A DNA stretch of 32,000 nt from Caldivirga maquilingensis IC-167. Lineage in GTDB: Archaea; Thermoproteota; Thermoprotei; Thermoproteales; Thermocladiaceae. Shown one piece after another: positions 1 through 7,925 of this stretch. Location: contig NC_009954.1 in NCBI RefSeq assembly GCF_000018305.1, forward strand, positions 960,001-992,000. Direction: 5' to 3'. A program made the translations under genes and the position numbers. The notes beneath the pieces are model-generated. The model was not told the origin of the DNA, did not search any database, and saw only the letters and a list, made by a program, of their open reading frames with translations. Within the stretch, counting starts at the first letter, position 1. Every line of letters starts with the position of its first letter.

Positions 1-1659
1 GGCTATTACTAATCCACCATTATTAATAAAATCACTGAGGAGTTTAATTGTGCTTGAGGCTAGTGTTATGCTTGGAGGTATCACAACCACCCTATACCCC
101 ACCCTACCCACCTTGAGTAAACTACCTTCAACTGCAGCATGCTTAGCCATTATTAACTCATCACCAAGCTCGAAATCCACATGCATTCTCGTGAACTCCC
201 TAAGAATCCTCATGAATGATTCATTAATAGCAGCAGCCTCAGACTCATTAACCGGCGTGTAGGTTGCCCAAACACTGCCAATTGGGTGTAGGATTAATAC
301 ATCCACTAACCTAACCCCCTGTGATAGTACGTAACTAAGCCTAGCGAAGTAATCCTCAATAATCCTATTATACCGCCACCATGGTTGACTCCAATGTATT
401 GTTAAACCGTAATCATGCTTCCTCCTACCCCTCAGGGAGTAGGGGATTAGGTGGTGGTTGAGTAGGTTAATGCCTAGGGCGTATAGGAAGTCCCCAATCC
501 ACTTCCTATCCTCGAATGTTGGGTGATGCCCAGTGGCACCGTAGGTTTCACTGAGAACCCTCCCCTTACCCAATTGATCAGCAACACTAGCCACCTGTTT
601 AGCCGTTAGGAGCATATCCCATATCCTTAAGCCTAAGTGATCCATGCCGGGAATATGCATGTACTCGTAGTGAGGCATAACAGCACCAACGGTTAATTGG
701 GAGAGGAGTGTATCCTCACCAAGGTAATGACCAGTGAACCTTAAACCATTAGCATCACACCACTGGTAAATCCTCCTACTATAAGACTCAACGAAAAGCA
801 TGGTCACAGTCCTCCAGTAATCATACCTAGTCTTAGTGAAGGAACCCATGTTGAAGAATAATTCAGGTAACTTATCAACAATATCATAACCATTAACCCC
901 CTTAAAATAATCAGGGAAATTACTCGTCCAGGGTATTGCGTATGTTGAGTATAGTGAATGCCTTAGGGGTACTTGCCTCCTCGGTGGTCTTGATTCATTT
1001 AAATTGGGTTCATCTGTGAATATGCCGGGCACTACGTTACCTATATGTTCCTTAAGCTCCCTAACGTATGGTTCATAGGCAGTTCTTATGAATTCATCAG
1101 TGACCCTTGGATTAAGTAGATCAACGTAATTGAATCCATTAAACCTAAAGTTACTTGATGGCGCGGTGTACTCAATGAAGTTTAAGTAAATGTAACCATC
1201 CAACGCCTCACTACTACTAACCCTAACACAATCACTGGGCAATAAGTCATTACTCAAACTGCACCTGAACGACGCCACTGTTTCAGGGCCCACTAGAGCC
1301 ATGTTGTGTATGAACAGTATAAGGGCCTTAGCCCTATACTCAGGTCCGAGGGCTGGTACATGACCACCGGCGAAGCCTGAGGGCCACCTATCCTCATCGT
1401 AAAGCCAAACCTTGACCCCAATCCTAGCAGCCTCCTCAACAACGGCCTTAAGTGCCTTAAACCATTCATTGCTTAGGAATGGTGTTAGTAAACCCTCCCT
1501 AGCATGAAAAAACACACCACCAAAGCCAGCATCCTTAATCAACCTAATCTGCCTAATCAACTCATCAACATTAAGCCTATCATTAATAGACCAAAAAGGA
1601 ACACCCCTAAACTCAATGGATGGGTTAATGAAATACTCGACACTTAGTTCATTAGGCAT
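1..1659 (-). CDS. Putative glycoside hydrolase-like protein, N-terminal 553 codons (C-terminus lies beyond the window start)
   Basis: This ORF is not in the supplied track because it is open to the window edge. Reading the minus strand from the ATG (cat at 1657-1659), I found no in-frame stop (tta/cta/tca on the + strand) down to base 1. The product starts MPNELSVEYFINPSIEFRGVPFWSINDRLNVDELIRQIRLIKDAGFGGVFFHAREGLLTPFLSNEWFKALKAVVEEAARIGVKVWLYDEDRWPSGFAGG. From memory this matches the conserved N-terminus (PFW..N, GGF/V.FH.R.GL, WLYDEDRWPSG) of a poorly characterised glycosidase-like family usually annotated only as glycosyl hydrolase. Confidence 0.65.
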   Translation of the reverse strand, partial: MPNELSVEYFINPSIEFRGVPFWSINDRLNVDELIRQIRLIKDAGFGGVFFHAREGLLTPFLSNEWFKALKAVVEEAARIGVKVWLYDEDRWPSGFAGGHVPALGPEYRAKALILFIHNMALVGPETVASFRCSLSNDLLPSDCVRVSSSEALDGYIYLNFIEYTAPSSNFRFNGFNYVDLLNPRVTDEFIRTAYEPYVRELKEHIGNVVPGIFTDEPNLNESRPPRRQVPLRHSLYSTYAIPWTSNFPDYFKGVNGYDIVDKLPELFFNMGSFTKTRYDYWRTVTMLFVESYSRRIYQWCDANGLRFTGHYLGEDTLLSQLTVGAVMPHYEYMHIPGMDHLGLRIWDMLLTAKQVASVADQLGKGRVLSETYGATGHHPTFEDRKWIGDFLYALGINLLNHHLIPYSLRGRRKHDYGLTIHWSQPWWRYNRIIEDYFARLSYVLSQGVRLVDVLILHPIGSVWATYTPVNESEAAAINESFMRILREFTRMHVDFELGDELIMAKHAAVEGSLLKVGRVGYRVVVIPPSITLASSTIKLLSDFINNGGLVIA

Positions 1660-1778
1660 TGAGAGCAAGGATCCGTGAAATATAAGTCACTTACTGTTAT
1701 CAGTATTAAATTAAAAGTTAACTCGATTATACACTGGTGATTGCAAGCGATACTGAATACTGTACATAGTTTGAATGC

Positions 1779-2117
1779 ATGTTTAAAAGACTGTTAAATT
1801 ATAAATTATATGTGAGGCCCTTAATTACTATCACAACAGCGGTAGTGATGGTAATAGCATTAGTTGCTGTATTCGCCTTCACTTTAATCAATCATGGGGT
1901 GAAGCATGAGGTTAATTCGCAATACACCTACATTATAATGGAGTATAAGCCCTTCTTCCCATCATACGGCACCACCAGCGAGGCTACACCTATTACTGCA
2001 CTATGGAGTAATAAGACGGCAATAGTAGTTCAAGACGCGCTTTGGTTAAGTTGGGCTGGTGTGGATGCGATCCTCATTGATTGGTCACCGGTATTAGGTG
2101 TTAATTATTCCTCTTAG
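1779..2117 (+). CDS. Hypothetical protein with an N-terminal membrane anchor; possibly a remnant of a longer glycosidase-like gene
   Basis: This is a 112-aa track ORF. It has a hydrophobic segment, ITITTAVVMVIALVAVFAFTLI. The C-terminal end DALWLSWAGVDAILIDWS resembles the first strands of a TIM-barrel glycosidase, but the ORF stops right after it. Its 3' end overlaps the convergent gene 2094-2828 by 24 nt. I recognise no family. Confidence 0.3.
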   Translation: MFKRLLNYKLYVRPLITITTAVVMVIALVAVFAFTLINHGVKHEVNSQYTYIIMEYKPFFPSYGTTSEATPITALWSNKTAIVVQDALWLSWAGVDAILIDWSPVLGVNYSS

Positions 2118-2828
2118 TATTAGGGTTAGTAGCTTGTATATTCCCCTCCTTATTTCATAATTCACAGTGGTGGTGGATAATCCTAATGTGTCCGCGACCT
2201 TACTTAACGTGGTTCTCCTTGGTTCACTTAGGTATCCTAATTCATACGCCGTCTTCAATACTTTTAACTCACCCTTGCTTAGGAATGGGGTTAATTTACT
2301 GTGGATGGTCATGTATATTAATTCATCAGCGTTAATACGCCTGGTTCTCATATCCTTAACCTCACCACCCATTGTTAAGTATTGCTTAAGCCTCTTAACC
2401 TCACTTGAACTTGGTAATGCGAATCCCCAATTCTCCACGCCATTAATTATAGTGTCCTTAACCTCAATACCACCTAGCCTATAGGCCCTAAACCTAGTGG
2501 AATTATCTAACTTAACCCTTATGATAATGCTAACCCTCTTAGGGTACCCTGTGTTTAATGGTGTCACTTTAATAACCTCCTTAACATTACCATCACTTCT
2601 AATAATATTCAGTATGCCCCTAAGCGTTGCCTTATCATTAACCCTAAGTATAGCGAACTCTAGGGCGTACTTCCCAGTTTCATTAATGTATGATTCAACA
2701 ACATTGTAACTGAATTCATAGCCACTGGCCTTATACGTCCAATCAACCTTATGAACATAATCAAACTCAACATAAGTGAATCCACGACTAATATCAAGGT
2801 AATTAACCTGCATTATTAACATAAACAC
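2094..2828 (-). CDS. Putative transcriptional regulator with a C-terminal HTH_10 (Bat / bacterio-opsin-activator type) helix-turn-helix
   Basis: This is a 244-aa ORF. The C-terminus LSKGELKVLKTAYELGYLSEPRRTTLSKVADTLGLSTTTVNYEIRRGIYKLL fits the HTH_10 pattern (L..A...GY...PR..tl.elA..LgiS.stv..hlR.a..Kl). I do not recognise the N-terminal ~180 aa. The true start may be an internal Met. Confidence 0.55.
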   Translation of the reverse strand: MFMLIMQVNYLDISRGFTYVEFDYVHKVDWTYKASGYEFSYNVVESYINETGKYALEFAILRVNDKATLRGILNIIRSDGNVKEVIKVTPLNTGYPKRVSIIIRVKLDNSTRFRAYRLGGIEVKDTIINGVENWGFALPSSSEVKRLKQYLTMGGEVKDMRTRRINADELIYMTIHSKLTPFLSKGELKVLKTAYELGYLSEPRRTTLSKVADTLGLSTTTVNYEIRRGIYKLLTLILRGIINT

Positions 2829-2990
2829 TAGAATACTTAATAAGCATTACTTCAAAAATCATTAAGTAAACATGAATTACTCAACATAATTTAATGACAC
2901 CATAGGTAATTCAAGTTAATAAATAAGCTAAATCAACAAAACACAAATAATATCTACCAAGAATAAGTGGAGTGGGGAATTGGTGAAGAT

Positions 2991-4061
2991 TTATGTTGTT
3001 TCGTTCTTTTCAATAACATTAGGTAACCTTCTTAGGTAATCCCTTATTATTAAGTAGGTGTCCTCTCCCCCTATTATGCCTCCTTTAGTTACAATGATCT
3101 TACCATCAAGTAAACCTCCCCTAATTAAGCCTACACCAACAAGGGGCATTACTTCACCTATTGACTCTAGGTAATTGGCCTTAGATACATTAATCAGTAA
3201 ATTAGCAGTCTCACCACCACTCACCACTAATGCGTCAAATTGAGCTGCCTGTTTTATGAAATCTTCATTTAAGTAATCCTTATCCTTCATTAGATCGAAG
3301 CTAATTATTACATTATCATAACTTGATAAATCAGTTGAATCCCTGATGTTAATAACCCTAATACCGTTCCTCTTAGCCCTCTCAATCTGCCTAATGGTAT
3401 TCTCATGCGTACTGCCAATTATGAAGCATACTCTCTCAACCCTATTAATAGTATGTTTACTTAACTTCCCTTTAACATAAAGTCCGGCGACTTGAGCATT
3501 TAATGGCCCTGGATCCACTGCAGTGAAGCCATTATCATGTATTACCTGGGCTATTTCAGCAATATCACTCATTGTTCTTGAATCAACAATCACCACGCCT
3601 TTTAGATTACTGGCATTAGCCTTAAGCCCCCTAATACTCGTAACCATAGCCCTAATACCGCCAAGTCTCTCAAGTATACTTACCTTGGAGTCGCCTAAAA
3701 TAGTGAAACCACCCTCAGTGAACCTACCGTACTCGGGTATTGTGTCTGTGATAACCATTGTTCGCTTAAGTAGTGGCCTCAACTCAGGCCCAATATTACC
3801 CCTTAATGCACTATCAATTCTCTTCCCAATTATGAATCCATTATACTCAGCGTAACTGATAACCGACTTAACCCTACTCTCAGCAATATCTGGCTCAATA
3901 AGCCTACTTTCAGTGTTAACGACAACGCATTCAGCATCACCTGGGATCAGCTTAATTAGCCTATGGTTAATAACTATGACACTGCAGTGTTTACTCATCA
4001 TACCGGCAACACCATTAGCACCAGTTAAGTCATCTGAAATAACCATGAACCTAACCATCAC
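2991..4061 (-). CDS. Four-carbon acid sugar kinase family protein (DUF1537, OtnK/DtnK-like)
   Basis: This is a 356-aa ORF. The N-terminal VISDDLTGANG matches the family motif (A)DDLTGA. KRIDSALRGNIGPEL matches the family motif KKIDSTLRGN.G.E. The C-terminal half is rich in glycine loops (VVSGGETA). Confidence 0.7.
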   Translation of the reverse strand: MMVRFMVISDDLTGANGVAGMMSKHCSVIVINHRLIKLIPGDAECVVVNTESRLIEPDIAESRVKSVISYAEYNGFIIGKRIDSALRGNIGPELRPLLKRTMVITDTIPEYGRFTEGGFTILGDSKVSILERLGGIRAMVTSIRGLKANASNLKGVVIVDSRTMSDIAEIAQVIHDNGFTAVDPGPLNAQVAGLYVKGKLSKHTINRVERVCFIIGSTHENTIRQIERAKRNGIRVINIRDSTDLSSYDNVIISFDLMKDKDYLNEDFIKQAAQFDALVVSGGETANLLINVSKANYLESIGEVMPLVGVGLIRGGLLDGKIIVTKGGIIGGEDTYLIIRDYLRRLPNVIEKNETT

Positions 4062-4074
4062 CGGTGTAGTTACG

Positions 4075-4094
4075 TTAAGGGTTTAAACCCTTAA
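4075..4094. promoter_or_regulatory. 20-bp perfect palindrome TTAAGGGTTTAAACCCTTAA centred on a TTTAAA TATA-like core
   Basis: The sequence equals its own reverse complement. Its centre lies about 24 nt upstream of the minus-strand ATG at 4061. That is the same spacing as other TATA-like boxes in this window. Confidence 0.45.
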
Positions 4095-4264
4095 TACCAT
4101 AAGCCTATGAATCACCACTTCATCAACATAACACGTATAGTTATGGCTCTCTCCCTCAAACCTTTTAAGCCAGGTTTTATAATGAGTGCTCGCTTACTGG
4201 TTAGGGCTTAAATTCATCAGTATCATAATGATGAGACTTTAAGCACGTTGCACAAGGATTAAGG

Positions 4265-4273
4265 TTTTAAATA
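4265..4273 (+). promoter_or_regulatory. TATA-like box (TTTTAAATA) for rfcS; the spacing suggests a leaderless or near-leaderless transcript
   Basis: An AT-rich TTTTAAATA is centred about 26 nt upstream of the ATG at 4295. There is no Shine-Dalgarno-like purine tract in between. Confidence 0.45.
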
Positions 4274-4294
4274 CAGGGGAGTTTAATTAGTGGA

Positions 4295-5341
4295 ATGTCT
4301 GAGCTTAAGGAATTACTTTGGGTGGAGCGTTTTAGGCCTGTTAGGCTTGTGGATTTGGTTGATCAGGAGGGTGTTAAGGTTGGTTTGATGGAGTTTGTTA
4401 GGCGTGGTGACTTGCCTCACCTACTCTTCTATGGTCCTCCAGGTGTTGGTAAGACTACTGCTGCCTTGGCTTTGGCTAGGGAGCTTTACGGTGATTCATG
4501 GCGTAGTAGTGTTCTTGAGCTTAATGCCAGTGATGAGAGGGGTATTGATGTTATTAGGGAGAAGGTTAAGGAATTCGCTAGAACAATACCCACCGGCCCA
4601 GTACCGTTTAAACTAGTAATCCTTGATGAGGCTGATAACATGACTAGTGATGCCCAGCAAGCCTTGAGGAGGATTATGGAGATGTACGCATCAACAACAA
4701 GATTCATACTACTAGCCAACTACATAAGCGGAATAATAGAACCAATACAATCCAGGTGCGCAATATTCAGATTCAACCCACTACCAAAGGAGGCAGTAAT
4801 AGAGAGGCTTAGGCAAATAGCCAAGGAAACTGGAGTAGAGGTAACTGAGGATGGGTTAGAGGCAATATGGGAGGTGAGCCAAGGAGACATGAGAAAAGCA
4901 ATAAACACACTACAAACAACAACCACAACAAACAAAAAAGTGGATAGGGAGGCTGTGTATAGGGTTGTTGGTAGGGTTGAGTTTAAGGTTGTTGATGAGT
5001 TCATTGAGAGCGCCTTAAGTGGTAGGTTTGAGGACTCCCGTAAGTTGCTTAGGAACATAATGTACACGTACGGTGTGTCCGGTGTTGAGTTGCTTAAGTA
5101 TATTGAGGATGAACTACTCATTAATGATAAGTTTAAGCTACCTGTTGATGCGAAGGTTGAGGTCAGTGAGCTTGTGGCTGATATTGATAATAGGCTTGTA
5201 ACAGGTAGTGATGAGGAGATTCAATTAACAGCATTAATAGCTAAACTAGCCCTCATAGGCTCTAAGTATGGTTTAAGGACCGTGAAGGAGCCTGAATCCA
5301 AGCCAAGTGAGAAGCCTGTTAAGAGAGGGTTACGTAAATGA
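4295..5341 (+). CDS. rfcS: Replication factor C small subunit (clamp loader)
   Basis: 348 aa. The motifs present are WVERFRP, Walker A GPPGVGKTT, Walker B ILDEADNMT, the SRC motif (PIQSRCAIFRF) and GDMRKAIN. The stop overlaps the next start as ATGA at 5338-5341. Confidence 0.93.
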   Translation: MSELKELLWVERFRPVRLVDLVDQEGVKVGLMEFVRRGDLPHLLFYGPPGVGKTTAALALARELYGDSWRSSVLELNASDERGIDVIREKVKEFARTIPTGPVPFKLVILDEADNMTSDAQQALRRIMEMYASTTRFILLANYISGIIEPIQSRCAIFRFNPLPKEAVIERLRQIAKETGVEVTEDGLEAIWEVSQGDMRKAINTLQTTTTTNKKVDREAVYRVVGRVEFKVVDEFIESALSGRFEDSRKLLRNIMYTYGVSGVELLKYIEDELLINDKFKLPVDAKVEVSELVADIDNRLVTGSDEEIQLTALIAKLALIGSKYGLRTVKEPESKPSEKPVKRGLRK

Positions 5342-6594
5342 GTACACGTAGGTTACCTTGGTTTGAGAAGTATAGGCCAAGGAGCCTCAAGGATATTGTT
5401 AACCAGGAGGAGGTTAAGAAGACTATGGAGGATTGGATAAGTAAATGGTTAAGTGGGAAGGAGAAGAGGGCTATATTGCTTTCAGGCCCACCTGGCACTG
5501 GTAAGACAACTATGGTTCATGCGCTGGCGTATGATTATGGGTTAGAGTTGTATGAAATGAATGCCAGTGATGTTAGGACAGCCTCAAGGATTAGGGAGAC
5601 TATTGGTAAGGCGTTAACCCAGGGTTCATTATTCGGCTTCAGGGGTAAGCTTGTGCTCTTTGATGAAGTCGACGGTATTAACGTGAGGGCTGATCAAGGA
5701 GGCATATATGAGATAGTTGATATTGTTAAGGAGGCCAAGGTCCCAATAGCCATGACGGCCAATGACCCATGGGATCCTAAGCTTAGGCCCCTTAGGGATA
5801 TTTGCGTTGTTGTTCAGGTTAAGCCGCTTAAGAATAGGGATATTATTGAGATGCTTAGACGCATATGCAATGCGGAGAAGGTTAAGTGCGAGGAGGATGC
5901 CTTAAGGCTTATTGCAGAGTCGTCAATGGGTGACATGAGGTCGGCTATAAATGACCTACAGACTGTTGCTGAAACAGGCCCAGTAACTAGGGAGAGGGTT
6001 TCATTATTGAGTAGTAGGGCTCACCAGTACGATATGTTTAGGATGGTTGACATGGTGCTTAAGGCTAATACCGTAGCATCGGCTACTGGGGTAACTAGGT
6101 TGCCTAGTTTTGATTGGGAAAGCTTCCTACTTTGGCTTGTTGAAAATGCGGCTGTGGCCTACTCATCGTCACTAGTAGCCATGAGTGATGCTTATGATAA
6201 CTTATCCAGGGCTGACGTACTTAGAGGCATTATGAATAATAGGCAGGAGTGGGAGTTAATGCCTTACGTGCTTGAATTAATGACCAGTGGGGTTGCTTTA
6301 GTTAGGGATAAGCCTAAGTTACCATTCTTCATAAGGGGTATGAGGTTCCCTGAGAAGATTAGGTTATTAGCTAGGACTAAGGAGATTAGGGATACTAGGG
6401 ATCATATCATGCATATGCTTAGGGTTCAGCTTCATGAATCAACATCAGTCATAATAAGGGATTACCTACCTTTAATAAGAACATTAATTGAGAATAATGG
6501 TAAGGTTATTGAAGTACTAGCCAAGTCACTGGGTGTATCCGAGAGATCCATTAAACTTATTATAAGTCCTGAAACCGTTGAAGAACAGGAGTAA
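5338..6594 (+). CDS. rfcL: Replication factor C large subunit
   Basis: 418 aa. The motifs present are LPWFEKYRP, Walker A GPPGTGKTT, NASDVR, FDEVDG and GDMRSAINDLQ. It is translationally coupled to rfcS. Confidence 0.9.
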   Translation: MSTRRLPWFEKYRPRSLKDIVNQEEVKKTMEDWISKWLSGKEKRAILLSGPPGTGKTTMVHALAYDYGLELYEMNASDVRTASRIRETIGKALTQGSLFGFRGKLVLFDEVDGINVRADQGGIYEIVDIVKEAKVPIAMTANDPWDPKLRPLRDICVVVQVKPLKNRDIIEMLRRICNAEKVKCEEDALRLIAESSMGDMRSAINDLQTVAETGPVTRERVSLLSSRAHQYDMFRMVDMVLKANTVASATGVTRLPSFDWESFLLWLVENAAVAYSSSLVAMSDAYDNLSRADVLRGIMNNRQEWELMPYVLELMTSGVALVRDKPKLPFFIRGMRFPEKIRLLARTKEIRDTRDHIMHMLRVQLHESTSVIIRDYLPLIRTLIENNGKVIEVLAKSLGVSERSIKLIISPETVEEQE

Positions 6595-6597
6595 ACT

Positions 6598-7302
6598 ATG
6601 GTTAAGTATTCAATATATGAGACGTACAGTGCAATAATACCCGTATATGAGAGGACGAGTAAGGCAATAACCCTTGGGTTAATAGGTAAATGGAGGAGAA
6701 AGACCATTAACCTAGGCCTTAAGGCTCTTAATGATTCAGGTAATGAACTCAGCGTTCTTGATGCTGGTTCAGGCCCAGGAAATATGACGGTTGAGTTAAT
6801 TAAAAGTGGAGTTAAACTAAGGCGCGTTGTGTTGCTGGATCAATCAGTGGCAATGCTGAACACTGCCCCAAACCTTAATTACATTGACAAGGTCTGCGGC
6901 TCCTTTGAGCACATGCCCTTTAGGGACTCTGTTTTTAACATGATCATAATGGGTTTCTCACTCCATACCGCAAATGACTTAAGGAGAACCTACTGTGAAA
7001 TATCCAGGATACTTAATGATAATGGTGTATTAGCCAGTGTAAGCATTGGTAAGCCCATTAATCCCATTTACCGCGCCTTAGGCTGGCTATACACTGTTGC
7101 CGCAATACCATTAATAACCCTTGTATTTGCTGGACCAAGGTATGTCTCGTATTTTTATGACATACATAACATATATGTTCAATTACCACCTAATAATGTG
7201 TTTAGAAGCATGGCTAATGGTTGTTTAAGGCTTATTCAATATAGGGATGAAGTCCTTGGTTTAGCTAACATCATTATAATGAGGAAGTGGAATCATGGTT
7301 AA
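6598..7302 (+). CDS. Class I SAM-dependent methyltransferase, UbiE/MenG (COQ5)-like
   Basis: 234 aa. The N-terminal YERTSKAITLGLIGKWRR resembles the UbiE pattern YD.mN...S.G.hr.WR. SAM motif I is LDAGSGPGN. The downstream HMPFRDSVFNMIIMGFSLH and ISRILNDNGVL fit motifs II/III. The start lies 3 nt after the rfcL stop. Confidence 0.7.
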   Translation: MVKYSIYETYSAIIPVYERTSKAITLGLIGKWRRKTINLGLKALNDSGNELSVLDAGSGPGNMTVELIKSGVKLRRVVLLDQSVAMLNTAPNLNYIDKVCGSFEHMPFRDSVFNMIIMGFSLHTANDLRRTYCEISRILNDNGVLASVSIGKPINPIYRALGWLYTVAAIPLITLVFAGPRYVSYFYDIHNIYVQLPPNNVFRSMANGCLRLIQYRDEVLGLANIIIMRKWNHG

Positions 7303-7804
7303 CGTAATTCTAGCCACAACTAAGCCAAGGAACAGTAGGATTGCAAAAGACCTGGAGGATTACCTCATCGTTAAGTTAGGTAATGTTAAGGTTACTAAGT
7401 CACGTTTCAGTGGTCTACTCGTAATAGAGACTGAGCTTGACCCTACATTGGTTTCTAGGGTTATTTTAAGGAGTCCATTTGCGGGTACAGTACTGTTTAG
7501 GATTGTTCCAATTATTGAACACATCAATGGGTTAAACCTAGAGGATTTAGTTAACTGGGTGCTGCGTAGGATTAACCAATGCGGTGACCAGAGACTATTA
7601 GTTAGATGTAGGGCTAGGGGTCATGGGGTTAGTGACTCAGGTTGTGAGCTTGAGTTGGCTAGAATGCTTAAGGAAAGGGGTATTAATGTTGGTGTTAAGT
7701 CGCCTGGTTGCCTACTGTTAATTGAATGTTGGGAACAAGGATGCGGTGTTCTTATGGATAAAATTGACTTAATTAAAGAGTATGCGCTTATAAATATAAA
7801 GTAA
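7295..7804 (+). CDS. Small stand-alone THUMP-like (COG1818-type) putative RNA-binding protein
   Basis: 169 aa. The N-terminal VILATTKPRNSRIAKDLEDYL and central RLLVRCRARGHGVSDSGCELELARMLKERGINVGVKSPGCLLLIE resemble the pattern of small archaeal THUMP proteins (F.V...kRG....s.e.e..lG........V.L..P...v.iE). This is pattern recognition only. The start overlaps the methyltransferase stop as ATGGTTAA. Confidence 0.4.
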   Translation: MVNVILATTKPRNSRIAKDLEDYLIVKLGNVKVTKSRFSGLLVIETELDPTLVSRVILRSPFAGTVLFRIVPIIEHINGLNLEDLVNWVLRRINQCGDQRLLVRCRARGHGVSDSGCELELARMLKERGINVGVKSPGCLLLIECWEQGCGVLMDKIDLIKEYALINIK

Positions 7805-7896
7805 TGAAGTAAATTAACCGTTTATTATATAGGTAAGTGCTAAGGGAATTAAAGTTTTAGAGTATTAGAGAAGTTTACTCCTTAATAAGCATTAAA

Positions 7897-7905
7897 GTTT
7901 TAAAG
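7897..7905 (+). promoter_or_regulatory. TATA-like box (GTTTTAAAG) for orc1/cdc6
   Basis: The box is centred about 25 nt upstream of the GTG start at 7926. A near-duplicate, ATTAAAGTTTTAGAG, lies at about 7848-7862. Confidence 0.4.
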
Positions 7906-7925
7906 CAGAAAGAACAAGTATATGC

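Noticed and set aside
4164-4212. An 8-bp inverted repeat TTTAAGCC / GGCTTAAA flanking a TATA-like TTTTATAA in the 200-bp spacer upstream of rfcS. It could be a small RNA or a regulatory hairpin.
   Set aside because: The arms are short, the context is AT-rich, there is no downstream transcript candidate, and I have no way to test conservation here.
4228-4302. A possible C/D-box sRNA: ATGATGA at 4228-4234 and CTGA at 4299-4302.
   Set aside because: The spacing of about 75 nt is long. I saw no internal D'/C' boxes or terminal stem. The CTGA lies inside the rfcS start (ATG TCT GAG), and the interval contains the rfcS TATA box.
4395-5121. ORFs 4395-4616 (+), 4486-4719 (-) and 4720-5121 (-) overlapping rfcS. 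Similar small ORFs lie inside other genes: 50-262, 2167-2709, 3523-3855, 6462-6707, 9238-9420, 12618-12833, 13757-13963, 14940-15260, 15784-16008, 17057-17275, 18062-18394, 19466-19819, 20899-21117, 21278-21574, 23911-24111, 24228-24428, 26937-27164, 27687-28316 and 30068-30322.
   Set aside because: All are alternative-frame or antisense ORFs nested in genes with strong family signatures. Their products are low-complexity and show no motifs.
7855-7866. Exact short matches between distant intergenic regions. TTTTAGAGTATT occurs at 7855-7866 and 16945-16956. AAGGATTATGCAT occurs at 10229-10241 and 18412-18424. TATGATAATAGG occurs at 10199-10210 and 30076-30087.
   Set aside because: Matches of 12-13 nt between a few kb of AT-rich spacers are plausibly chance. 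The contexts and orientations relative to the genes are inconsistent.
7805-7925. A replication origin immediately upstream of orc1/cdc6, suggested by the duplicated ATTAAAGTTTTA(G/A)AG.
   Set aside because: The spacer is only about 120 bp and has no ORB or mini-ORB-like inverted repeats. The duplicated element looks like TATA-box sequence seen at many promoters in this window.
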